Source of the DNA: Mizuhopecten yessoensis
Lineage: Eukaryota
Assembly (NCBI RefSeq): GCF_002113885.1
Contig: NW_018405052.1
Coordinates: forward strand, 313,562-377,561
DNA: 64,000 bases
Direction of reading: 5' to 3'
Shown here: positions 1 to 11,800 of the stretch, one piece after another
Layout of the letters: each line of letters starts with the position of its first letter
How positions within the stretch are numbered: position 1 is the stretch's first letter
Program-made: the position numbers and the translations under genes
Notes under the pieces: generated by a model
Told to the model about the DNA's origin: nothing
The model's database searches: none
What the model saw: the letters and a program-made list of their open reading frames with translations, nothing else

Positions 1-552
1 CTTAAAGCAGTATAGCCAAATACCCTTTTTGGCCCTGCCCCTCAGCCCCCTGGGGGGTCAGCCACACCATTTGTACAATTTTAAATCCCTGCCTCCCAGG
101 AATGCTTTTGATCAAATATGATTGATATCCAGTGCACAGTTCTACAGAAGAAGTCGTTTGTAGCAATATAGCCAAATTTCCCCCTTTTGGCCCCCGCCCC
201 TAAGCCCCCTGGGGAGTCAGCCCCACCATTTGTACAATTTTTAATCACCACCACCTAGGGATGCTTCTAGTCAAATATGGTTGATATCCACTTCTTAGTT
301 TCAGAGGAGAAGTCGCTTAAAGCAATATGGGCAAATTGACCCCTTTTGGCCCCGCCCCTCAGCCCCACCATTTGTACAATCTTGAATCCCCACCACCTAG
401 GGATGCTTCCAGTCAAATTTAGTTTAATTCCCACCAGTGGTTAAGAAGAAGAAGAAGTCGTTTAAAGAAATTGTTGACGTACAGACGGACGGACGACGGA
501 CGCCACGGTATGGCATAAGCTCACCTTGGTCCTTCGGACCAGGTGAGCTAAT
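1..552 (+). mobile_element. non-autonomous Helentron-type element (HINE/pearl-like), 3' part
   Basis: About 155-bp internal repeats (ccccttttggccccgcccct...), (gacg)n microsatellite, terminal hairpin agctcacc-ttggtcc-ttc-ggacc-aggtgagct followed by A-rich sequence. Confidence 0.75.
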
Positions 553-1061
553 AACAAAGGTGTACATTGCCTGGTTATTCCCCCCGTAAAGCCGTTATTT
601 TCACCTTCAAATAAACACTTATCAATTGTTCAGTTATAAACTGTTGTTTGAGCCTTCGGTCATTAACCTGTGGCTATTGATTGTGGATAAGTTACCTAAC
701 ACTTGATAATAAACCTATATACACCTGTAGTGAGCCTAGAGCCTACATGAGTGATACACATGGTCCACACTGCCCGTCACTGCCCGATCATTGATGCTTT
801 CAGACTGAATACAATTTATTTTGAAACAGGGTTATTTCTAATCAGTGTCATCTAATTTTGGAAAAAAAACACACCCACCTTCGTTGATGAATGGATTCCA
901 AGGGGGTTGGGAGGTTGGAGGGGTCAGAGAGGGTAAGGACAAAAGCATATCATATTGCATTTAGAGTAAATACAAAATTGTATTACAGTAATATAGAATT
1001 GTATATCTGTATGTAAATATAAGATTGTACTAGAGTAAATACAAAATTGTATTTCAGTAAT

Positions 1062-2530
1062 ACAAGAGGCCCATTGGGTCTTTAGAGTCACCTGAGTTGT
1101 ATGATACTGTAGTCATTTTCATCGTGTATGAAAAGAAACATAATTCATTACCCACTATGTCATGAATAACAAGAGGACAAAGGACATTAATAGCTTGCCT
1201 GGAGTTTAAAATCTGTTAAATACACGGTATATTCATATAAAACAGTGCAAAAAATATCTGCTGAAAATATGAAACAAGGACAAAGTCCCAGATGTCCCCG
1301 CCTTAGTTGCCTTTTTATACCTGGCAACTGAATATATAATTACAGGGTGGAGGTCTCAGTTGTTTCCATCTTATAACTAAGGAACTATGTTTCCAGTGGC
1401 TGAGCTGATTCTGGTAGCTTAAGTGGATTTGTCTCTTCCAGCCTAGTCAGCAGTAATATGGTTCAGTGTGGGGATCTCGACCATTTCCATGTTGTGACCA
1501 CAGTTCCATGTCCCAACGGGCTGGCATAATGTGTGGTCGTTTACCATATTCTCTCTTCATGCCAAGTAATTTAATTGATGATTATAAGGTGGACATCTCA
1601 ACTGTTTTCATCTTAAAATTCAAGGACTAAATTCTCAGAGGCAGGGCTGGGCCAATGAGCTAATCCAATTGCAATTTTTTGTGTCTTTTGCTCAAAAATT
1701 GTATATGTGGGTATGGGGTAAGAGGATCTTAACTGATTCCATGTTATGACTTGGGGACAAAGCCTGCAGGGGGGTGGGCCAGAACCCTGGATAAATCTTC
1801 TGGTAATATGATCTTATTCATCAATATCATGGAATGAGGATCTTGACCAATTCCTAATTATAACTTGGGGACGAAGTCCCCAGGTTAAAAGCTAGATCTC
1901 TGGGCAAATTCTGGTAGCGTGAATGTATACGTCTTTCATGCCTAGCAACTAGATATATGGTTATAGAATGAGGATCTCAACTGTTTCCATGGCAGCAGGG
2001 GGAACCCTGGGCAGAGTGGGGCCCTGGGCCAGTCTAGGGAGGGTAAATTAAATCATCTCTTCATGTCAACTACATGATTTTAAGATTTTTATTTACACTC
2101 AACCACACAGATAGTGGGGATGATCTTTAATTGATACTGCTGTACACACAACATTTGTATGTTCCATGATACTCCTATAAAATAAGTATGGAATCTCTAT
2201 GGGAGTATTTCAGTTAAAGTTGAAAATGTAAACAAATGATGGACAAAAAAGAGGATTGCAATTTGGCTTTTTGACAAAAAAAATGCATTATCTAAATTGT
2301 GGATACAACTAAAGTTAGAACTTCAGTTCCCAACAAACAATACTACAACTTCATTGTCATTATGAATCTTGTCTGTCATAGAAAAGCTACCCCACCCCGC
2401 CCCTTAGCCCCCATGGGGGCCACACCGACTGTTTATACTAAATTGGTAGGACTAGTAGCGTTTTAAAGGAAAAGTTGACGGACAGACGACAGATGTGCGG
2501 CATGGCATCCTTTGGACCAGGTGAGCTAAA
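1062..2530 (+). mobile_element. degenerate or nested HINE-like element(s)
   Basis: Starts acaagaggcccat...gtcacctga, has decayed internal repeats (gaggatctcaactgtttccat), ends gacggacagacgac...ggaccaggtgagctaaaa. Confidence 0.5.
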
Positions 2531-2763
2531 AATGACAAAGTCAGAAATAAATCCTGAAAGAACTGTTACTACCTTTAATATGATTTTAAAAGCAGGTTCT
2601 TGAAATCATATCATTTACCTTTGATTATTAATGTATGTCGTTGGAGTGGGTTTTTTTCACCAGAGTTATCCCCCTTCAACTCTACCATTAGTGAAAATTA
2701 ATTGGACAGTTGGAACATGAAGACTTTGTCTACCTACCTGTGACTGCCTGCTTTGAAAACATG

Positions 2764-2826
2764 CTAATTGTAAGGACATCCTGGTACAGTGACACCATTT
2801 TGGTCAACAGAACATCCATTCTGACC
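2764..2826 (-). CDS. second NC4-like exon [20 protein letters not shown] (exon continues as UTR to a donor at 2737)
   Basis: cttttgtttgtag| acceptor, phase 0, same Cys spacing as the 5051 exon, TAG, then CAG|gtaggt. Confidence 0.75.
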   Translation of the reverse strand, partial: GQNGCSVDQNGVTVPGCPYN

Positions 2827-5800
2827 CTACAAACAAAAGGAGCCTGCACCTCTCAAGACAATCGCAGCATCTTATTGGAAAACATATGTACAACTACACA
2901 GCCAAGTCACTCTCTCCCTCTCTCTCTTTGGTAGTTAGTATACACAAGTTGACAACATCAAAAGCTCAGCACAACCACCTCCAAGTGACCTTTGTCTTCA
3001 GCTGAGGTTAAACTCCACCAAGCATTAAAGGCAACATGAGGGACCACTTAACACTGAAACCTAACAAGTATTAGACCAACGACAAACCTGCTGTGCTCTT
3101 ACAACACAAAGCATTAATATAGCTAATGTCAACTGATAGCATCTCACCTGTTAGTGAAGCAAAGCAGTGCAAAAGATATCTGTAGCAGTATAACAGATAC
3201 CTATAGCAGTAAAACAGATACCTATATCAGTATAACAGATACCTATAACAGTAAAACAGATACCTGTAGCAGTATAACAGATACCTATAGCAGTATAACA
3301 GATACCTGTAGCAGTATAACAGATACCTATATAAGTATAACAGATACCTATAGCAGTAAAACATATACCTGTAGCAGTATAACAGATACCTATATAAGTA
3401 TAACAGATACCTATAGCAGTAAAACAGATACTGATAGCAGTATAACAGATACCTATAGCAGTAAAACAGATTCCTGTAGCAGTAAAACAGATACCTATAG
3501 CAGTAAAACAGATACCTATATCAGTATAACAGATACCTATAGCAGTAAAACAGATACCTATAGCAGTAAAACAGATACCTGTAGCAGTAAAACAGATACC
3601 TATAGCAGTATAACAGATACTTACAGCAGTATAACAGATACCTATATCAGTATAACAGATACCTATAGCAGTAAAACAGATACTTACAGCAGTATAACAG
3701 ATACCTATAGCAGTATAACAGATACCTGTAGCAGTATAACAGATACATATAGCAGTATCGCAGATACCTATAGCAGTATAACAGATATCTGTAGCAGTAT
3801 TGCAGATACATATAACAGATACCTATAGCAGTATTACAGATACCTAGAGCAGTTTAACAGATACCTATAGCAGTATAACAGATATAATATACCAAAGTAG
3901 CAGTTAAATACCCCCCCCCCCCCATTTGCAATAATTACCTGTAGCAGTTTGACAGATACCTATAGCATTATATTATGCCGGTAGCTTTATAATATACCTG
4001 TAGCATTAGAATATATATCGGTTTAACTGATACATGTACCTGTGTAATACGAAGGAAGAAGTGAAAATAATACCCCCTCCCCCCTTTTCAAGTCTTCCCT
4101 GGCGAAGGCTACCACAACCACGGTTCTTTTGCTACCTGCCAAGGGTTTTCCAATAGTTTAGAGCGGAGGGTCAATGACAATGGTTTGTAATAGAAAGAAA
4201 GTAGTGAAAAGAATACTGTACATGTAGGTGTTATAATTGGGGCTAGAACCCACGATCCCAGACTTTCTAGGTGTAAACATTACCACAGGGCTATGGGAAA
4301 TTCCCTTCAGCTGCAGGTAGAAATGACACTTTTACATCTGTAGCGATGTAACTGATACCTGTGGTAGTGTACCTGATACAATATCAACATTGACAAATAC
4401 CTGTAGGTACTACTAACACCAGTTTCTGTATGAATTTAATCAGCAGGAGACTAGTATACTGATATTTAAAGCATATTTAAAAACTTTTAAGTCTAGATTT
4501 AGAACTATGGGTTTTGAGACAATCTGCCTCTTACCATTGCTAAGGTGACGATCATGGATTTGTCACGGAAATATCAGAACTGCATTAGCCTATGTTGGTA
4601 GCCATACAAAAGCAGATTGATGTCTTTAGTGATATTTTACGGGATGATAAAGAATGGTATAAGCTTGGTTCCAAACAGAGGAAAGTAACTCAAAATTCAG
4701 TTGATGGACATACAGAACAGCACAACGGTAACACCATATTTACAGTAGTAGTACATGATCCTTTGTAACCCGATCTGGACAAAAATAACGTTTTATAGGT
4801 AGGACCTTCACCATTAGTGTGATATAGACATGTTGATAAGCTTGGGAAGGAATCCTCCACAGAATCAGCAGTAAATGTAAGGTAAACACAATGTTATAGA
4901 CTCATCAACTTCAAACAAATTCTCTTCCCATATAAAAATTGGTATTAATTTATGATTGATGGTGTGTGACATGTTTGACTTCAATAAATCACTTGTATGT
5001 TATCTATAAATATGGTGTCACCATGGCTACACAAACCATGGTTACCATACCTTGAAGGGTGTTTTTTTCCATCCACACCCTGGGAGGGGCAGCCCGTTTT
5101 CCCCTATAGGACAGGGAGCGTCCAATCCCGGACTGCCCTGTGTGTTAAAATGTTAGCATACAACATCAAGCTAAGCTGTTAGCAATAAGCCCACTGAAGT
5201 TGTCCACAAGTCTTATTTTAATCCTGGAATAGATTTTGTTCCCTTTCAAATCTTTGCATTTACTCAATATTTTCATCATGCCTAAAATCATGAATCAGAA
5301 TTTTTTAGGGAAAAAAATTGCCAGTCTCAAGATAATTTCTTCTGCAGACAACTTTATCCTTGAATATTAATTATACACATCAAAATACTAAAACCCTAAA
5401 AGGAACTGTTAAATGTGTTTAAGGTGAACATACAAGGTGTTTGTAATCCAGAAATAGAAGTGAAACCTTCCCATTTGCAATGGTGTAGCATACCAATGTG
5501 ATGTTCAGAAAATATAAACAGGTGTCAAATAAGTAAGGTTATTTGCTACCTTGGTACCCAGTATGTATGAAATTACATGCTTCTGTTTTTGTGTGTGAGA
5601 GTTATCTCCCCCATTTAATGTACTTTATCTAACCTACTGGTAATGAAGGGGGTCTGCCCTAATGACAAGTGCCCCCAATATAATTTAACATTCACCCTTA
5701 ATTGAAATTTTGTTTTGAGGAAGATTATGGAACTCAACTGAGACTATCAGTGACATTGCACTTCATGCAGGTAAATAGGTATAGAAACTTAATACAGGTA

Positions 5801-8800
5801 GGTATATAGATACTTCATACAGGTAAGCAGGAATAAAGGTGATGCTCAGGTATCCACAGGGGCCATACACATCCAATTTGAGATATTGGGCAAGTATATA
5901 TAGGATCCCTATAATTGCATAGGCCCATATCTGATACATCAAGCCCCTGTGTTACTATCTACCTGTAATCATGATAAGTTACATAATACATTGCATACCT
6001 GACCTTGGTACCTGTTATTGAATTATGCGACCTTGTTGTGTTCACCTTGTTTTGTTCACCTTGTGCAATGTGGACAGTATACAATATAGAAAAACTGCAG
6101 CATAGCAAATCTCTATGTCCTTACTATTAACTCACAAAGTAGTGGCAGCTGTAACACTGGATTTAGTTGGGGACAAGAAATGGATGTCCTACAACGTTTT
6201 CACTTGTTTATGTGTATCTAATCCAATTTAGTTAACTTTCAAGCCATGAAGAAAACGTAAAATAAAATTTTGCTACTTTTTCTTTTAAAACCGAAAATAA
6301 ATTAACAAAAATTAGAAATATATGATAAACAAAAGTCACAAGATGTCAAAGCTGTTTTCTACCACAATCATTAAAGACTTTGTTGAATGGATACATTTCT
6401 CTGTATAACATTCTATAGTCCAGGATTGTAACCAATTCAACCATTTATGTAAGCTATGTTTATCCAACTTATCTGTCTTAATGGATTGACTGACCGTTGA
6501 TAAACAGGGACTATTGTGATAGAAATCAGTTTAATTTGTAAATGATTCCAAATCTTCTATTCACTAGTAAAGTTTAAAGACAGAATTTTCATACTTGCCA
6601 ACTTTATGAAATTTCCATTGGGGAAATCCTGCATGCTCAAAATTAAAACATGAACAAAATGAGTGTATATACCCCCTTTAAAATAACCCTTTTTAATGAC
6701 ATATCTTGAGTTGTTCCTACAGATGAAATCATTAGATCTTAGAATATAGGAATAATTTAGCAAATTCACTGGTAGAAAACACTAAATTTAAGGGTCCAAA
6801 ATTGGGAGTCTCCCTCCTAAATAGGGAGAGTAGGCAAGTATGAATTTTGAACAAACAGTGCTAGTTTCTAACATCTCTTTACAGTTTTGTTGCAAATTTG
6901 TACGTTGAGAACAGACACTATCAGTATTTTTACCTTTATGAATCACAGTGGTAAGCTGCTACAACTACCTTGTGACTATCACAAGTGTTAGAATAATGAG
7001 TCTTTAATGACCATGCTAAGCTCGGCTTGTTATTCCATGAGTTTAATGAACAGAATTGCACTATTGTCATAGAACTTTTCAATGATGGACCAATATCATC
7101 CTAGCTTTTCGTACATTGATTATTGTAACCCTTTCACCCCTATGTAACTTTAATAGACCCTACCATGCATTGATATGGATGAGTCCATTATGGTCTACAG
7201 TGGTGAAAGGGTTAAATATCAGCCCATTTTGGTTTATTGTACCAAGGACTTTGATCCAGCTAATACAGGTTCATGTACTGAGGACTATGGAACATCAAAG
7301 TCCAAGGTTTTTGTAAAAAAAAAATCCAATGCTGTCAGTCCTGATAAGTTTCTAACTCCTGACATTTGATCTAGGATGTAAACAAGTACTAGGATTAAAT
7401 AAACAAAATGATTAGTACAGAATATATCTCTATATATATGTAATTACTTTGGCTAAAATCCAAGTTTGAAAATCATTTCTCAAATTCAGCAAGTGGTGCA
7501 GTCGCAGTACCAAATGTAAGTAAGGTACACCCAAACATCAGACACAAGAGGATGTCACATTTCACAAGTGACACAATAGGATGTTACATCAGACACATGT
7601 GATACAATAGGATGTCAAATTACACATATGACACAATAGGATGTTACATCAGACACATGTGACACAATAGGATGTCACATTACACATGTGACACAATAGG
7701 ATGTCACATTACACATGTGACACAATAGGATGTCACATTGGACACATGTGACACAATAGGATGTCACATTACACATGTGACACAATAGGATGTCACATTA
7801 CACATGTGACACAATAGGATGTCACATTACACATGTGACACAATAGGATGTCACATTACACATGTGACACAATAGGATGTCACATTACACATGTGACACA
7901 ATAGGATGTCACATTACACATGTGACACAATAGGATGTCACATTACACATGTGGCAAGGAAGAATTTCACAGCAGACATGTGACACAATAGGATGTTACA
8001 TTGGACACATGTGACACAATAAGATGTCACATTGGACACATGTGACACAATATGATGTCACATTACACATGTGACACAATAGGATGTCACATTACACATG
8101 TGACACAATAGGATGTCACATTACACATGTGACACAATAGGATGTCACATTACACATGTGACACAATAGGATGTCACATTACACATGTGACACAATAGGA
8201 TGTCACATTACACATGTGACACAATAGGATGTCACATTACACATGTGACACAATAGGATGTCACATTACACATGTGACACAATAGGATGTCACATTACAC
8301 ATGTGACACAATAGGATGTCACATTACACATGTGGCAAGGAAGAATATCACAGCAGACACATGTGACACAATAGGATGTTACATCAGACACATGTGACAC
8401 AATAGGATGTCATTTGACACATGTGACACAATAGGATGTCACATTGGACACATGTGATACAATTGGATGTCACATTACACATGTGACACAATAGGATGTC
8501 ACATTACACATGTGACACAACAGGATGTCACATTACACATGTGACACAACAGGATGTTACATTAGACACATGTGACACACTAGGATGTTACATCAGACAC
8601 ATATGACACAATAGGATGTCACATTTGACACATGTGACACAATAGGATGTTAAATTACACATGTGACACAATAGGATGTTACATTGGACACATGTGACAC
8701 AATAAGATGTCACATTACACATGTGACACAATAGGATGTCACATTGGACACATGTGACACAATATTATGTCACATTACACATGTGGCAAAGAAGAAGATC

Positions 8801-11800
8801 ACAGCAGACACATGTGACAAAATATATGTCACACACAACAACAACACAAGTGACCTTATACAAATATTAAGTACTGTTGGTGACTATATACAGATATACA
8901 TGATAATTATACATGTATAATGTAAGTTAACTATATTATCTATATGGATTGTTAGTGGCTAGTTATATGTATAATGCTAGTGGTTACATCAATATTTACT
9001 GTTAATCACTACTTATATACCGTATTTGCTGTAATTGCCACCCAACCCCTTTTTTGAGGCACTAGTGCCTCTTTCAGCCTATTTTTAAGTGCCTGGGTAC
9101 AAATTACAGAGAATACGGTACATTTACTGTTAATGACTACCTACACATGTATTTAGTGACAGAACTATTGGATCTCACATTCACTACCAGTACCTCGTCA
9201 AAAACATGATCTCTCAAAATAGGGCATCAAGGAGGAGTATTGTGGAAACTTAGCTTATAAATCTGTATCAGACAATTATCAATAATGTTGAGAAATTGTA
9301 GTTACTTGAAGACTCCTTGATTCCCTAGTTAAAACATAGGTCTGGTATTATAATAGAACAATGGTAACACAAAATGTTGGAATCAACAATCACTAAACAG
9401 ATCAATTACATACTAATAAATAACATCAATATATACAAGAAAAATTAAACTAGAAAGTTGAGAAACAAAACTTTTGCTCTTTTGAAAAACATGTTTTTGA
9501 ATTTGAACAGGAATGAAATTTAAGTTTAAAAAAGTTAAGTTATATAAGCCTGGTCATGTAAACAGATGAAATTATATCTGCCATGGATCATCATGTATAA
9601 ATCTACTAACGAGGGCTTTATGACAATATGGCTGACCTTGTTGCCAATATCAGCACTAAATAACCTAACCTTTGACATGGGTTGACATGGTATACCAAGT
9701 TTTCTATGGCCTCTGTCAGAGTTATGACAAGACTTACCGTCTCCCCATGTTCACCCTTTAATCCTCTTCTGCCACGTTTTCCTCGTATTCCCTACATCAA
9801 ACACCAAACATCAGCATTGCCATATAATACTGTATATTTCTACTGATGTCCGTGATCACACGAGAAAAATATTTCATATCCAGTGCTTAAAAAATTCAAC
9901 TAATCAAATCAGCATTTTGATACATTTTATTGACAAATAAATTATGTAGTTAGGATTGAGACGTCTCAATGACTGTTACATAACCATGCCGCATGAGACA
10001 TCTCAATGACTGTTACACAACGATGCCACAGGAGACATCTCAATGACTGTTACACAACGATGCAACATGAGACATCTCAATGACTGTTACATAACGATGC
10101 CACATGAGACGTATCAATGACTGTTACATAACCATGCCGCATGAGACATCTCAATGACTGTTAAATAACCATGCCGCATGAGACATCTCAATGACTGTTA
10201 CACAACGATGCCACATGAGACATTTCAGTGACTTACACAACGATGCCACATGAGACATCTCAATGACTGTTACATAACAATGCCGCATGAGACATATCAA
10301 TGACTGTCGCTTAACGATGTTGCATGAGACATCTCAATGACTGTTATACAGTGATGCCACATGAGACATCTCAATGACTGTTACACAACGATGCAACATG
10401 AGACGTAGCAATGACTGTTACACAACGATGCCACATGAGACATATCAATGACTGTTACACAATGATGCAACATGAGACATATCAATGACTGTCGCTTAAC
10501 GATGCTGCATGAGACATCTGAATGACTGTTATACAGTGATGCCACATGAGACATCTCAATGACTGTTACACAACGATGCAACATGAGACGTATCAATGAC
10601 TGTTACACAACGATGCCACATGAGACATTTCAATGACTGTTACACAACAATGCCACGTTAGACATCTCAATGACTGTTATACAATGATGCCACATGAGAC
10701 ATCTCAATGACTGTTACACAACGATGCCACATGAGACATATCAATGACTGTTACACAATGATGCAACATGAGACATATCAATGACTGTCGCTTAACGATG
10801 TTGCATGAGACATCTCAATGACTGTTATACAGTGATGCCACATGAGACATCTCAATGACTGTTACACAACGATGCAACATGAGACATATCAATGACTGTT
10901 ACACAACGATGTTGCATGAGACGTCTCAATGAATGTTACACAACGATGCAACATGAGACGTCTCAATGACTGTCGCTTAACGATGCTGCATGAGACGTAT
11001 CAATGACTGTTACACAACGATGCAACATGAGACATATCAATGACTGTTACACAACGATGTTGCATGAGACGTCTCAATGAATGTTACACAACGATGCAAC
11101 ATGAGACGTCTCAATGACTGTTACATAACGATGCCACATGAGATGTCTCAATCACGGTTACACAACGATGCCACATGAGACATCTCAATGACTGTTACAC
11201 ACCGATGCCACATGAGACGCCTCAATGAATGTTACACAACGATGCAACATGAGATCTAGCAATGACTGTTACACAACGATGCAACATGAGACCTCTCAAT
11301 GACTGTTACATAACGATGCCACATGAGATGTCTCAATCACTGTTACACAACGATGCCACATGAGACGTCTCAATGAATGTTACACAACGATGCCACATGA
11401 GACGTCTCAATGACTGTCGCTTTACGATGCTGCATGAGACGTATCAATGACTGTTACACAACGATGCCACATGAGACGTATCAATGACTGTTACACAACG
11501 ATGCCACATGAGACATCTCAATGACTGTTACACAACAATGCCACATGAAACATTTCAATGACTGTTAAATAACCATGCAAGTGGAGAAAGGTCAATTACT
11601 ATACAATTGTACCAGATGTCTAAATGACTGTTGCATAACGACGCCACGTTAGACATCTCAATGACTGCTACACAACAATGCCACGTTAGACATCTCAATG
11701 ACTGCTACACAACGATGCCACACGAGATGTCTCAATGACTGTTACAAGGTGATGCCACATAAGACGTCTCAATGACTGTTACAAAATGATGTCCCATGAA

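Noticed and set aside
725-804. Possible downstream terminal exon SESINDRAVTGSVDHVYHSCRL*
   Set aside because: It has a plausible ttgtattcag acceptor, but no recognisable motif or other support. It cannot be called without cDNA.
3154-3828. 224-aa Ser/Thr-rich ORF (likewise the ORFs at 35315-36418, 44584-44982, 50135-50999 and 63486-63938)
   Set aside because: Each coincides exactly with a tandem array whose unit length is divisible by 3.
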